NCBI RefSeq assembly: GCF_018977255.1
Contig: NW_024704742.1
Coordinates: 14,262,001 to 14,326,000 of the forward strand
DNA: 64,000 nt
Origin: Callorhinchus milii
Taxonomy: Eukaryota
Reading direction: 5' to 3'
Both the position numbers and the translations under genes were made by a program. Below the pieces are notes generated by a model. It was not told the DNA's origin. It did not search any database and worked only from the letters and a program-made list of their open reading frames with translations. Positions within the stretch are counted from its first letter, which is position 1; every line of letters begins with the position of its first letter. Positions 13,621-28,043 of this stretch are shown here, piece by piece.

Positions 13621-16329
13621 GGACAATCTTTTCAGATTCTAAAAATTAATGCAACTAAAACTTTTTCTGTAATGCTTGACTTACTAACAATATTATGTTC
13701 TGTGTGCACTCTTTTGACATATTAATTAAAAAATTTAGATCATCCTTCAGTAGAGCTAGCCATTCTTCCATTTAGTGAAGCAACCATTACTGCACTTCAT
13801 TTAATTACCTCAATGTTGTGATTCATACGTGCACAAGAGATGGCATGAACTTCCATTGACACTGAAGTGCACAAATAAATCAGATTATTCAACCAAAATT
13901 AAACTATAGGTTAATATTGCCCAAGGGCATTCTGTTCAAGATTTAATATGGGTTGGCACCTGTGACAGTTTAACACTATGTTGACCTTGCTATTATAATA
14001 AATACAATTTTCATTTAGAAATGAATTGGGAGGACTTTGGGAGGACGTCTCAAAGTGATTAACAATCCTGGCTTGGCACCCAAGCTGGGGGTGGTAGCTA
14101 AGGAGTGTAGTGAGAGAAAAATTGACAAAGTGCAGTCACAAAGGACTTTGGGATAGAGTTTCAGAGAGTGGGGGAAGAATGTTTGAAAGCTCATATATCA
14201 TAGGCTCATATTGTGGTTTATAGGTGAGGACAAAAAGAGTCTTGGCTGTAATGCACACACACCCACAGAGTGAATAGCCAGTGAAAACTTATTGTCTAAG
14301 CTCATCCTTGAAGAACAGTCACTTGGGTGAGAATAGCAGGTGGTTATTTGTAGCTGTGAAACCATATTACGAGCACCAGTTACCACCTTCAGCGGTAGAG
14401 AAGGATAAATTTGAACAAAAAAAGTTTTCCTTTCTTGTGAGGAACTCAAGCTGGTTTCACAACTGTTGACTGATACAGTACACTACAATTTACATTTATA
14501 TAGCATCTTTCATGTTGGGAAAGTGTTACAAGGGGGTTCACACCACGAATGGGGCCTTGGTTTAACGTCTAATCTGAAGGATGGCAGCTCCAACAATACA
14601 ACACATCCCCAGCACTGCATTGGAGTGTTAACTTAGAATGTGTGATTTCAAACCCCGAAGTGTAATGCTACTAACTGAGCCAGGCTGACACCCAAAACAC
14701 CATGCTTCACCATCCTGGGACTAATATTGCACCAGAATAATACATTGTTTGAGCTAGTTGATCTCCAGTTGAGGTAAATGCTTGTTTAAATAGTTATTTT
14801 ACTGGTAAAAAGCTGAATGTAATAAATCAACTGAACAATGAAGAAGCTCATACTATTGTCAGCAGCTTGGGGACTTTCCTAATTAAGCTTTAGCCCTGGA
14901 AGATAAAGGTACTATTGGTGTGTGTGGTAACTAAATGTTGTGCATCCTTATAACTTGATATAAGGATCCACAAATACATTCCACAAATCCAGTCACTGCA
15001 CTGGAAGCATCTTCAGACATGATAAGGTCATATATCAAATATACAGTCAATTCACTTTACAGTCTATTCTGTAAAGCACTTTGAGATGTCGAGAAGATGT
15101 GAAAAGTGCTGTATCAAATGCAAGGATTATTATTATTATATCAAATGCAAAGCTAATTGTAAGACCCATATAGCTGATAGAAGAAATTTTATGGAACTCT
15201 ATAAATTAAGGGGATTATTCCAGTTCTAAAATGCAACTGGTAGTGTACCATAGCCACTCTACAGTGGTTCAGTCAGTACCAGAGGCAAATTGAAAATGCT
15301 TGTAAAATCAGTGTGTTCTCTTTCAAGCATTTCTAATCACAATCCAGGGTTATGTGAAGGGATCGTGTTTCTTCAAATTCCACATGTTAGCATCAATTTG
15401 ACATCTTGTTGTCTAAGATGGGGCGGAAGTAAACAGAAAGTCATTAAACCTATGATGGATAACTTGTCATCATTAACAAGAGATTCTTATGGTAGAAAAA
15501 AATCTCTTTCCGCATTCTGTTCATGTCATCTATTATGTCAAACTCTTGAAGGCTATTCAGAGTTAAGCCTTATGTGCTGTGGTACAAAATAATAGCAAAT
15601 GTGCCAAGTGTCATGTTGCCTTGTAGCATGGTGGTATATAGTGAAAGATTGTCAAATGCCTAAAAGCAGTAATTGCCTAGCTCCATGATACAGACAGCAG
15701 ACTAAATACATGGAAGCAAACATGCTTTTGTCATTAATAGTTAAAAAAAATTCATAGAAAATGGCTTGACAAGTTGACAGATTGACAGATACAACTGCTC
15801 TAATGTGATGTAAGAAATTATGGTAGATTCTCTAGTTCTTTCAAATCCCATCTTTTAATTTAATTTACGACCAATTTTAGTTTTGTTGTACTCCATCCTC
15901 ATCGAGAAAGACAGTTATGTTGTGACCCACAGGACCAGGTATTGAGTTCACAAGATTATAAGGAAGGTTTGGATGAAGAAGGCCCTTTGGCCTATTTGAT
16001 CTCATCCTTCCTGAATATTCACCCTACTGTCCTTTCATTGCAGCATCAAGCTGTTTTTTAATTAGTTCAGAGGCCTGCCATCAACGATTCATCTTGGTAA
16101 TCTGTTCTAACTTTTAATTACCCTCTCTATGTAAAGAAATACTTCTTAATATCTGTCTATAATTTCCTTTTCAAAACCTGAACCTGAAGCTTTTGCCTAT
16201 GTTGGATTCAGTTTAGAATTCTGTGCTAATACAACTCAAAGTCTAGGCAGGTGTAAGCTGTGGATTGGCAATTTACAATTATGTTACACTTTTCACTGTT
16301 GGCTGGGCACCCAAGGGGAGGCAGAGCCA

Positions 16330-17300
16330 AAGAAGGTGGGGAGGGAATAGACAACCTAAAGTGCAATTAAGTAGGTCTTGAAGCAGGCTAAGAACCTGTG
16401 GAGGGAGAGAGAGACTCCGAGTTGGATTGCCAAAGCGTCAAGCCAGAATGGTGAAAGCCTACTCACCAATGGTGGGGAAGACAGGGCGGAGGACATGAAG
16501 CAGGCCAGTGTCCACTGAACAAATGCAGCAGTCGGGTCAGTAGAGTTGCAGAGGCAGCGTGGGGTGAGGTTGTGGAGAAGTTTAAACGTGGGAACAAGAA
16601 ACTTGAACTTGCCTGCTGAGGGAACGGGAGCTAGTGGAGCCAGACAAGGATAATAATGATAACAGTGCTTCACAAGGTATATTGTAAAGTGGAGTAACTT
16701 TGTGTTTTGTGGATGAATGCGGCAGCTAATTTGCACTAGCAATGTGCTGTAGACATGAAGTGAATGACAAACTTTACTTGGGTTGGCTAGGGCACCAGGA
16801 AAAACTCCCTTCTCTTTTTGAATAGTCCCATGGGATCTTTAACTTCCAACTGAATAGGCAGATGGGGCCACAGTTTAATGACTCATTTGAAGGACGGCAC
16901 CTCCAACAATAGAGATGCACCTTCAGCACACCCCCAGTACTGCACTGGATGGAGGTGATAGGCTCGTGGAGCCTGTTGTGGGAGAGGACACAGGCTGCAG
17001 ATTCCAATATAGTCCGCAGCTTGTGTAGGAAAGAACTGGGGAGTCTGGTGAGCAGGAAATTGCTACAGTCAAGCTTGAACATTATGAAATCATAATTGAA
17101 GATCTCGGCAGTTGGGGAGAGGTAATGGTAGAGGTGGGCAATGTTAAGGAGGTTAAGGATAGCTTTATTGTGTTTCAAAGAGAGATAGGAGTCAAACAAG
17201 ACACCGTAGTTCCACGCCAGTTCCGCGAGGTGAAGCGCAGATATGCAGGTTGGTGGTGTCATCACTTGAGGCGGAAGGGGATGATGGGAGCCAAGCAGGA
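16330..17300 (-). mobile_element. Diverged L2 fragment with a nested Deu-type SINE (about 16648-16950)
   Basis: L2 peptides (GVLFDSYLSL, KLDCSNFLL, KFKFLVPTFK, FLACFKTYL) interrupted by SINE core sequence. Confidence 0.75.
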
Positions 17301-19067
17301 GAGCCTTAGGTTTTTGTATGAATGAAATTGGAGCTCATCTAAGGTGTGATGAGGTGGTGCTAAGACTGCCCAGAATTATTTCACTTAGAATCCTTAGTGA
17401 TCAGAGTGACTGACCTTTGCTGCATCAGTCTGGACTACAATTAAATCTTAGGCCCTGAAGGTGAAAACTTATGAAGCTACCCATAGAACTATTGAAATGT
17501 ACAGCACAGAAAAAGCCACTTGGACCACTGGACCTGTAGTGCTTCTGTTAATGAGCTGTCTATTCAATCCTATTCCCACACCTCTTTATGTTTCTCTGTT
17601 TGGGATATTTATCTCACAGTCACTCTTCATTCATACAGTTGTATTATGAGGGTGCACAATATATTATAAATCATTGTTCCAATCATACAAAAATAGCAGT
17701 ATACAATCAAATGAAAATAATGTGTATGGTGACATGATGCACATGACCTGATATAACAATCTTTGTGTATGTGATAAAGATGGTCACATAATTCTAAATA
17801 GGATGAAGAAGAGTTTGAAGACCTAGTCTTTACAGTGTAGTAAATGTTAGAAATAACAAACTTTTACCACCAAATGATGGTGCAATATCAATGTACTTTT
17901 AAAAGAAGTATGCAAAATAATCATTTTGTTAAAAGACTGGGGGAATTTTTCTATCAAGCTTGCTGACAATGCAGAGATACCCATTAAATTAGGACATTGC
18001 TGTATGGTATCAGTTTGCATATCAATACAGTGCATTGAGATCATACAATGTGCTTAAGGGTACTTAATAGTGGCAGAAAGGAGCATTGTCACCAGAATGA
18101 CACTGCACAAGATGAATTATGTGAGGCTTGTGAACGTAACATTGTAGAGTGCCTTGGGAAGGAGCTGAAGTATACTGGAGCTGCAGATAACAGAATACCA
18201 CAGTCACAGATCTGTAGGTGGAATTAGGAATTTGCCTTAGATGAAAAGTAGCTTTTAGAAGAAATAGATTTTACAGGAAAACATTAAATGACCGAAATGT
18301 CATATTAACCACTGTCATACGTAAGTTGTGGATAGGAATCTTTTATTGACTGCTTAATTCCATTTGGGTGGGTGGGAGGGGTATACAAATACAGTAATAT
18401 GAGAAAAAGACCCACACAAACAATGACATATAATCTCTTTTTGCAAAAATGGCGCAATAGCTTCAGAAATTATTTCAGCTACTCAATAGTATAATCTGAA
18501 ATATCCTGAAGAATATTTCTTGATTAGCATAAATTTTACATGAAACACTTTATTATATCTTTCGCCTGCAGAAGTACCGTTGCAGGCAATACAAAGATAT
18601 AAAACTAAAAAAAACTTGAAAGATAGAAATAATTAAGGAATGTGTTTTGAGGGGACCCAGAAGAAGTTTTTAAATAGATCTCGACATGGCCTTTTACTGA
18701 AATTTATATTAATTCCTAAAGTGGGGATTTTGCCAATTGTAGCATTTTTTAATTGAAATTTGCAACAGAGCTAAACTGTTGTTATTTCACTGTAATGCAA
18801 ATGATTCTGGCACTGGTACAATTTTAGAGTAATGTCTTGCAATATTGAACAGGGTTTCTGCATATGTATGGGTAAGAATAGTGGCATGTTATGGAAGAAT
18901 TCAATGATTTCATCTGATGGTGTTTTTCAGACCATGATAAATTAAGTAATATAATAATCTTTACATTTCACATTAGGAGGACGTCTCAAAGTTCTTCACA
19001 GGATATATTGAAAAGTGTAATGACTGTATTTTGTTAGGCAAACACAGCAGCCGATTTCATCACAGGA

Positions 19068-19460
19068 ATAATAGTAATAATTCTTGCATTTGATAGTGTT
19101 GTATCACATTGCCTCCTCAAAGTACTTAACAAAATTACTGTGAATTGTGCAGTGGCTGCATATTTGTAGATGAACATGGCAGCCAATTTACGCACAGCAG
19201 CAGTGTCTCACAAACAACCATTGTGAGTGAATAATTTTATCTGAGGGATTGTTGGCCAGGTCACCAGTAGAAAGTCCCTTCTCTTTTTAAGCAGTATCAT
19301 GAGATCTTTAACATCCATTTGAAGAGGCAGACAGGACCTTAATTTAACATCTGAAGTGTGGCACCTCTGACAATGCAATGTTCCTCTCACATTGAATTGG
19401 AATGTCAACTTAGACTATGAGCTCGAACATGGGGTTTCAACCCACAACCTCTGGCTCAAC
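19068..19460 (-). mobile_element. Deu-core-type SINE
   Basis: ggcagccaattt and gatctttaacatcc core blocks, tRNA-like head remnant near 19430-19457, taataat tail. Confidence 0.7.
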
Positions 19461-21764
19461 AACAAAAACAATAATAACAACAAATAACAGTGGTCAGTAA
19501 AAAATATATCCTTAGCTTCAAGACAGCGTTTACGTTGCTGCCACTGACCCTGATAATTTAGGAGGCAACAAATCTCCCTCATACATATACGTAGACTTTT
19601 AGATGGAGCCTCTGGAGTCATTTAGCTAGCAGGTCAGGTTTGCAAGTGTCTAATGTCCAATTTTGTTTTATCTTAAATGTTGTCCTCTTGTTATAAAAAG
19701 ACCACATTCAAGAAAATGCCCACTTTTACGAAAATGCACGAGCAAGATACTACTCGCATGAAGAGCACTATATAAATGCAACTTGGTGTTACATAACCAT
19801 ACAATGTTCAAAGGTGTATGGCTGTTAGAAAACACAAATAAAATACAATAATTGGCCCACCTCCCGCTCCCCACAGTCACAGTAGCCTGCCAGCACTTGC
19901 TGTCCAGGTTTACGGATGAAAATTAGCTCCTGGGTGAGGCAATGGGGGGGGTCACATCTGAGACATTATCTCAACAAGAGGCAGCATGTTCAGAGATGGA
20001 AGGACTAAATTTGGAAAGGGGACAGTAATTCTTCCATCTAATATAGCACCTTTCACTTCAGGAGAACCTCTCAAAGCACTTCACAGGATATACAATAAAG
20101 CGTAAAGACAAACAAAGGATGGTGTTTACTTTTGAAATCGTGGCAATCTCTTTTTGTAATGCTTTACTTAATGTGGGTATTAAATCTTCCTGAGCTTTGA
20201 TGATTGTATCACAATTATATGTGTTTTTTTTTGCCCAAGACATAATCAAGCAAAGCCAATTTTTTGGGTGGATAAGTCTCCACGGTGAGGAGATAAACAG
20301 CAGTCTTCCTGCCTAGCAGCTGCTGTGACAAATTATTATTGAAGCGGAATGTAGCTGAGGATATTTGAAGGAAACAGTGGTCCAGTCTGTGTCACACACA
20401 CCTCACTGACCCTCCAACCTTGTCACATTGGACATTATAGTTAAATGGTCTTGTTGTTATGTGCCCTGTCTACTATCCCCAGGGTTCTACCATCAGCTCT
20501 TTTCAAGCAGGCTGAACAGTGCTTTTTGTATTGCAGGTGATGGTAGAATTGAAGTTCCTGTCTCTAATGACTCGGCAGCTGCAGGCAACTAACCATGAAC
20601 TGGATGGAGCACGCAGGGGCTATGCTTTCCTTTCATAAATGCCACTTTGTCATTGTTGCTCAGTGTTGGTATTTCCCTCATCAAGCTCTGTATTTATTTC
20701 CTCTTCGGTGAAGTGTATTCACTGTACACGGCTACTGTGATCTGAGTCTCTCTCACCCCTACACACTGCCTTTTGCTCTGTCCTTTAACATTCACACACA
20801 CTGTCTATTTTCTCTGTTTTTTTCTCTCCTTCTGTCTATCCCTTTTGCCTTGCTACATGTTCTCTTTTTCTCTCTGCCGCCCTGTCACTGTGCCATTCCC
20901 TTTGTCTTCTCAAAATGCACACCCATTTGATGTTATAATCTGAAACCTTGTTCTGTTGCTTTTAGTTGTCTGGATCAGATGGGAGACAAATGTAAATACT
21001 GTAGCACCATTAAGCAGTGAATGACTAAATAATGATGAGCTGCTTAACAGGCAACATTTATGTTATTCACCCCTGTATGATTATAGGGCTTATAAAATAT
21101 ACAGTCACTAAACCTGAAATCCTGTGAAGAACTTTGTACATCTTCCTGATATGAAATGCCAGAATTTTTATTTTAACATTAATGTCCAGGTTATCTACAC
21201 AGATACTAAACTAAGGCAAGGTATCAGTATAAATAAGTGGTACCCTGTGAGTTGAGAAGTATATTTGTGTGCATGCCTTTATTAACAGCAATGAAATTGT
21301 GCTTTTTTTTAGCATGGTTCAGTCATCGCTAATAAATGTCTAATCATGTGGTCTTCATCCATGCAGCACAACTGGCTCAGTGCGAGTGTGCTGCTTATCT
21401 GAAATAGAGATATTCTCCTCGGGCATCGTCCAAACATTCATAAGGCTGCAAAATTATGCTGCAGAATTTAATGCAATGCAGGAGATCGCTTTAAAACAGA
21501 CACTGATATGAGATTGTTTCCTTCTGTAATAATTATTTAACTCTTTTACTCCCTCTGCACCATAAGCCTTTCCTGAGAACAACTTCAGCACAGGAGATGG
21601 TGGGAGAATGGGGAAGTGGGAGAGCATCCTGAGTTCATCTGTCAATTAGATTTCTCTCTTTCATGGAAAAGATTGCACTCCACTGCAATTGGGATTATTA
21701 TGCATGGGTAATCCAGCTCGATCCCTATGTCCTGTTCTGTGACAGAGTTATGACAAGTCAATAA

Positions 21765-21907
21765 TTAGGTGCCAGCCTGGCTCAATTGGCAGCACTCTCA
21801 CCTCTTGAGTCACACGTTTGTGGATTCTATACTCCACTTCAGGACTCTGAACTCACAATCTAGGCTGACACTTCATTGTAGTACTGGGGTTGTGTTGTGC
21901 CTCCCAA

Positions 21908-21938
<31 letters not shown>

Positions 21939-22130
21939 GAAATGTGTTGTTTTGTGGAGGCATCATCCTTTGGATGAAACACTAACATTGAGATACTGAC
22001 TTCCTGTTCAGGTGGATGTGTGTGTAAAAAAACAAATACAACAAAAAAAGACATGGCACTATTGTGAAATATTGCTGTGTGCAAAATTGGCTGCCATGTT
22101 TGTCTACAAAATATGCAGTCACTGCACCAA
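21765..22130 (+). mobile_element. Deu-core-type SINE with an internal (TG)n(TA)n microsatellite
   Basis: tggctcaattggcagcactctc head; ttgctgtgtgcaaaattggctgcc core. Confidence 0.7.
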
Positions 22131-22317
22131 GCAGTAAATTTGCTATTTTCAATTGAATGCTGCCAATAATGTGTTATAATCCCCTGGGAAGAAATTTCTC
22201 CAGTTCTAGATTTACTTTACTAATGTAACGTTTCAGAGCGGCAGGAGGTGACAAATTGTCAAATTCAGGTTTAAATTGAATAAATTTAGACCCAGGTGGG
22301 GTTTCCACCCAAAATTG

Positions 22318-23830
22318 TTAAATGTCTGACAGACATTCTGTCAGCACAGCAGTGGTCCTGGAGTCAACGGTGGAGGCAGAGAGGTACAGTTGAGAGTCAT
22401 CCGCGTACATGTGTAAGTTGACCCCATGTCTGCGGATGGTGTCACCAAGAGGGAGACGTTGAAGAGGAGGGGACCAAGGACAGAGCCCTGAGGAATGCTG
22501 CACAAGACGGTGCTGGAGCTCGAGGAAAAAACTTTGTGGAGATAAAGTGGAGGTGGTTTGAGAGGTATGATCTGAACCAATCAAGGACAGAACCGTAAAG
22601 GTTGAGTTGAGAGGAGAGGTGGTCGATGAGGATAGAGTGATCAATGGTGTCGAAGGCAGCAGCGAGGTTGAGGAGGCAGAGGGACCCCTGGTCGCAAGTG
22701 GACAGAATGTCATTTGTCACTTTGACCAGGGCTGTTTCCGTGCTGTGGGCGGGACAGAAACCCGATTAGAGGTGTTCATGAAGGAAGTGGCGGGAGAGGA
22801 AGGAATGAAGCTGGGAAGCAATGACTCATTCCAGAACCTTGGAGAGGAAAGGAAGGTTGGAGATGGGGCAGTAGTTTGAGAGCAGGAATAGGTCCAGGGA
22901 GGGTTTCTTGAAGGATAGGAGTGATGATGGCCATTTTGAAAGGGGTGGGAACAGTACCAGTGGACAGGGAGAGGTTTACGAAGACCATGAGTAGAGAGGC
23001 AAGGAGGTGGAACTGGGAGGTAAGGAGAGGGATGGGGTTGAGGGAGAAATTCGTCAGTTTCATGTGGGTTATAGTGGTGATTAGATAGGAGGGGGAGACA
23101 GGTTGGAAGGTGTGGAGGGAGGAATGGATAGGGGCTGGGGTGGGAGGTGGAGATGGCGAGGAGGTAGTAGACGGAAGGGCAGAGGCAGCTGAGCAGATCT
23201 CCTTGACTTTGGATTCGAGGAAGTCCAGAATCTCCTCACAGTTCACATTGGAGGTGAGGATGGGCGAGGCATGAGAGGATGGCGGAGGAGCTGGTAGGTG
23301 ATGGAGAAGAGGAGCCTGGGGTTGTCCTTGGCCTCCAAGATTGTCGTTGAGTAGAACGATGATTTAGCGGAGGCGTGGGCAGAGCGATAAGATTTGATAA
23401 GGTCCAGCCAAATCTGCTGATGGATCGTTAAGTTCGATTTAAGCCATATGTGTTCAATGGCACGCACCTGTACTTCAAGGAAGCGGAGGTGGCTGGTACC
23501 ATGGTGACTTCCGTAAGTAGGAGACATTTCGGGAAGTGAGGGGAGCAAGGGAATCGAGAGTGGAGGAGAGTGAGCTGTAGAGAAGATTCACCGAGGAGGA
23601 TAGGTCATTGCGGTAGGAAGCCCAGAGGGGAAGGAATTCAGATGACTCCAAGGTAGCCGGGAGGGGGGGGAGATTTTTTTCTAGGGGCGGTATGAGATGG
23701 AGGTGGATTGGGTGATAGTGGGGAGATTGATTGAGGAGTTAAGGGAGATGAAGTACTGGTCCGAGATTACTTTTATCGATGATGGTGAGGTCCAAGATGG
23801 TGAGGCCCCGAGTGATCACCATGTTGAGGT
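22318..23830 (-). mobile_element. L2-clade LINE ORF2 fragment (end of endonuclease through RT), disrupted
   Basis: [44 protein letters not shown] and MYADDSQLY across frameshifted minus ORFs. Confidence 0.92.
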
Positions 23831-24065
23831 ATACTGTAAAGTGGATTGACTGTATTAATGTGATCACATAGAATTTGTTATGAAATGACCCACACTTAGT
23901 CCGTATAAATAAAAATCATGTTCCAGTCAAAAACATTGATTGATGGTCAATATTTTCTTACATGTGGGCCATTTGCTTACAAAAATATAGTCACTACACT
24001 TTGCAGTAAATCCTGTGAAGTGCTTTGAGATTTATTATCTCAAATACAAGGATTATGTACTTTAC

Positions 24066-24398
24066 GGAGTCCTGTAGCTCAGTGGTTAGAGCACTCGCTT
24101 TGCAAGTGAGAGACCTGAGTTCAATTCCAGGCAGAGGGCGAAACCCTGGGCAAGTTTCCTTACTCCACACAGAGTCTAATAATAATCCCTCCAAAACAAA
24201 ACAATAATAAATTGGTCATTTTCAATCTACGACTGTTTGTGGGACATTGCTGTGCGCAATTGGCTGCCGCGTTCGCCCACAAATATACAGTCAATTCTCT
24301 TTACAGTGTGTTCTGTGAAGCGCTTTGGGACGTCCTCCCGACGTGAAAAGCGCTATATCAAATGCAAGGATTATTATTATTATTTATTATTATTATTA
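24066..24398 (+). mobile_element. Young full-length tRNA(Ala-like)-derived SINE with Deu 3' core and L2-like tail
   Basis: A box TAGCTCAGTGG, tttgcaa anticodon-loop-like segment, B box GAGTTCAATTC, ttgctgtgcgcaattggctgccgcg core, (TTA)n tail; CpGs retained. Confidence 0.92.
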
Positions 24399-25762
24399 GG
24401 ACTTTCGTGAACTACACTTTCTTGTCTGGTATGGTATTATCTCAGATAGATAACATGCTGCCAAGACTCTGCAGCTTTTAGAGTTGAATGTATTATGCAA
24501 ATCAGCAGAATCCCCGCAGAAAGTTTAAACAGAGTTGTTCAATCGTGATTGCAGAGAAAAACACTCTGCTTTCTCCAGCATGAGAAGGCAATCTTCACTT
24601 ATACAATGAGAACTAAGAACACAGTTTGAACCCTGCATTCAGGCATTTTGTAAATCTTCGTGAGGTATGTATTTAAAATCTAACCATTAAGGGCTTTTCT
24701 ATTCCATTAAAGATGTAAAATATTTGTTGAATATACACTTATTGCATAGCAGTGAGTTGCTTGTTACGCTGCACTATATTTATTTTCATGCAGTTTGGTA
24801 GGATTGGTATTTGAGTATAGATAGCATCATCCAGTGGTTCAGTGCAGCTGCACAGCTTTCCCTTCTTCTTATAGTTCTCTTCCCCAATGCTGGCAGAGGA
24901 CCAAATCTAAACTATACATAGGGCAGCAAAAGGAGCCTGTTATCTAAAACAACCTTGTATGATAAAAGCAAGGCCAGATTATTTATGTCTGACATTTTAT
25001 TGCGTTTTAATAGCACAAAGAGCTAAGTGAATAAACTAAGGCATTGGCAAGCTTCCAGTCACACATCTCTGCCTTCACATTATCCCTGAAGAATGTCTCA
25101 TCTTGTGACTAACCTGCTGTTAACCACTTTATTAAATCAGCGTCTAACCAGTTACATTTTTGGGTTATGGTTAATACAAATAGTCGTATTCAATAATCTA
25201 TTGCTATAATTGTGGCTTTAGTCAACACAGCAGTAAAGCGAGGTGATCATATTGTTTTTTTCTTCACTGAATTGAGTGAGTGTTGTTGTCTCATGAGTCA
25301 TGGCAGATGAATTAATTGGACTTTGGTGGTGGATTGCTTGTCAGTAAATTTACTGACTTTAGCTGCTGTGCACTCGGAATGCTCCCATTATAAGTAAAGG
25401 GTACCAAAGGCCATTAAATTTACTAACAAGCGAAGAATAATAAATACTGCATGAATTGACCATGCAAGATCAGTAAATTTACTGAGAATGGGAGAATAAT
25501 TCAATAACTCCCCTGGATGCTATTTGAGATTATATCATGATAAATATCCTGGTGATTTGTTTTCCACTGACGTTACTAAGTACTTGACAAACTGATCGAT
25601 CCATGGAAATGAGCAAGACACGTGCAAGCTCTGCTTTTGTCAACCTTCCCACTTCTGGTTGATAAACTAACCACTTTTAATACTTTCATATGCAAAACCC
25701 CAAAGAGAGGCTGGTTGCATAATTAGTCTGTAACCTGTATATTTTGTTTCTTCTTATTCCAG

Positions 25763-25945
25763 ATCAGTATCTTCATGACACATTTATCCAACTATGGAAA
25801 TGATAGACTGGGGCTCTATACGTTTGTGAATTTGGCCAATTTTGTTCACTGCTGGACGAACCTGAAGCTTCAGACACTACCCCCTGTTCAGCTGGCTCAG
25901 AAGTACTTTGAGCTCTTTCCTGAACAAAAAGAGCCACTCTGGCAG
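25763..25945 (+). CDS. NDST3: NDST3 coding exon ([21 protein letters not shown]...[10 protein letters not shown])
   Basis: ttcttattccag| acceptor and CAG|gtacga donor; 183 nt, in frame with the previous exon; conserved [13 protein letters not shown] motif. Confidence 0.95.
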
Positions 25946-27853
25946 GTACGACTGTAATATCTCTTTAGACTGGAAGAGCACTCATGCTTGAGAAGTATTG
26001 TGTTGGTGAGAGCAAATAAGGCTAGCACATCTCCGAAACAGAAAGTGTGTATGTGGGGGAGGGGGGCTGGGGGGAAGTTGTCAGTCTTTGTCCGGTAATT
26101 CTGACAAATATTTTGTTTTTTGCCTTTGAGGTCCTAAAACTACTGCATTTCAGTGGTGGAGAAGTGAGGCAGGAAAGTTGCATTTGCAGCTCTGAGTCTA
26201 GGAAATCCAGCCAAAATGGGAGGGATTGAAATTCCTCTTATGGCGATGTACAATTTAACGGGATTTTCATTCTTCAACCTTTGTTACCATTTCTCCAGTT
26301 TTCAAACATCACAAATTTAAGACATTACATCTCTTTTTGCAAATATTGTGGATTAGACCCTCATATCTTGCAGAACAATTACTTTAAGTTGTGCCAAAAC
26401 AGCTATTGAAATAACTGCATTGTAAAAATCAATAATAATAATAATGCTTGTGTTTATGTCAGGAAATCTCTCAAAGCGCTTCTAGGATTTCAATGTAAAG
26501 TGTAGTGACTATGGATTTTGGCTTAGTTGTACTAAGACAACATTGTTAAAGCCACTACCTAGATGGCAAGATAAATGTCTCACCTTACATTTTGTCATGT
26601 CAGAAAGGCTGATTGTCCCCTCATCAGTAAATTTACTGACCGCCCTTGGTGCCTACCTTGAGCTTTTAATGGTATTTTCCATTATCAGCACAAGTCGCAA
26701 AGGTCGGTAAATTCATACTGTTACCAAATCATTCAAAATTTCTGTCAGATTAGCAAGAGGCTTGGAAAAATCAAAGATTATTTGATTTCTCTATGCATTG
26801 TAGATACGTTACAGTTTTGTTGGTTGAACATAATCCCAAAGAGGATTAGCAGAGATAAAGAGAAAACCAAGAATCCAGCCCGAGCACTTCAGGCCTAATG
26901 AATTGGCATCCCTGAAATGCTAACTTTTCATTTGTTTTCAGACTACTTTCTGTTTTTATTCCAAAGCAAGATACTCAAACCTTGAGTATTTAGTTATAAG
27001 ATCCTCTTTCATGTGCAACCGTGAAAGGCGCTATACAAATATAATTTTGTTGTTGTTATTGTAAATCACTAAAGGTTGGAACATGAAACTCTAGCCGAGG
27101 CAAATTCATACAGGAATCCCAATTGAAACTATAGCCCAGCACTATCGCTAACCACAACGTCCCAGCCAGGGAATGGTGAACATTGTTTTGTGGAGGGGGA
27201 AGAAAACAGAATAAAAGAAATGTTTAACAATTATAATTTGTGGCAGGGAAACATGAAAAAGATGACATAAATAATGCAATCAATTCAAGAAGTTTGTTTT
27301 GGTAGTGTACCTCTTATGCTGGTGTGTTTTTTTCCTATCCTGTTTCAGCTCTCATTGCCTTGCTCGTTCCCCACACCTTTAAATATTTTTTTCTTGGTTA
27401 TTTATCAAATTCCTTTTAAGTTATTTTAATGTTTGGATTAGGCTACGACAACTATTATCCCAAACATTCCACATTCCAGAAAAGCTCTGTAAAAGATGCA
27501 ACTTCTGACCTTCAACTGCTGGTGACAATCTGAAATTGATGCCCTTTTCGTAACTGACTTGCTGATCACTGAAAATGCTCTCTTCTCTATTTATCCTGTC
27601 AAAATAATTCAATGTTTTGAAAACCTTTATTAGTTCTGTCTTTAAAGTTCCCAGCTCAGGCGAAAACAATCCTGATGCAATTCGCTCGATACATTACCAC
27701 ACATGCCACCGGTTCTGACCTGCATCTTGCTGATCAATAGTACAATATGTTGGTTCATTACACCGCCACTTGGTCACTCCATAAAAGCCATAACTGCCCA
27801 TGGAATACTGACCTCCAAGAACATTTCCTATTTGGACTTCATATCTAATTGAC

Positions 27854-28016
27854 TTTTTTGGTGTCAATTGGGTGTGACACATTGCAGAAACCAATCACCA
27901 ATGCTTAAGAGTATACAAACCAAACTGAGGTCCATGCATCCCACGTGGAAATTCCCATTTACTGGATTGAAATATCAACTTGCTCCCTGGAGGAACTCAT
28001 CCCGTTTACCTAATTC
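27854..28016 (-). mobile_element. Unclassified LINE-like family, extreme 3' fragment (copy 3) abutting an NDST3 acceptor
   Basis: tgcttaagagtatacaaaccaaactgag, tggaaattccc and ctccctggagg...acctaatt blocks shared with copies 1, 2 and 4. Confidence 0.65.
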
Positions 28017-28043
28017 ACATCCAATCCCTTTCTTCCCTGACAG

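Noticed and set aside
24066..24140. Apparent tRNA-Ala gene (also at 32768 and 55428)
   Set aside because: No proper acceptor stem; it runs into SINE body and tail sequence and recurs as a dispersed repeat.
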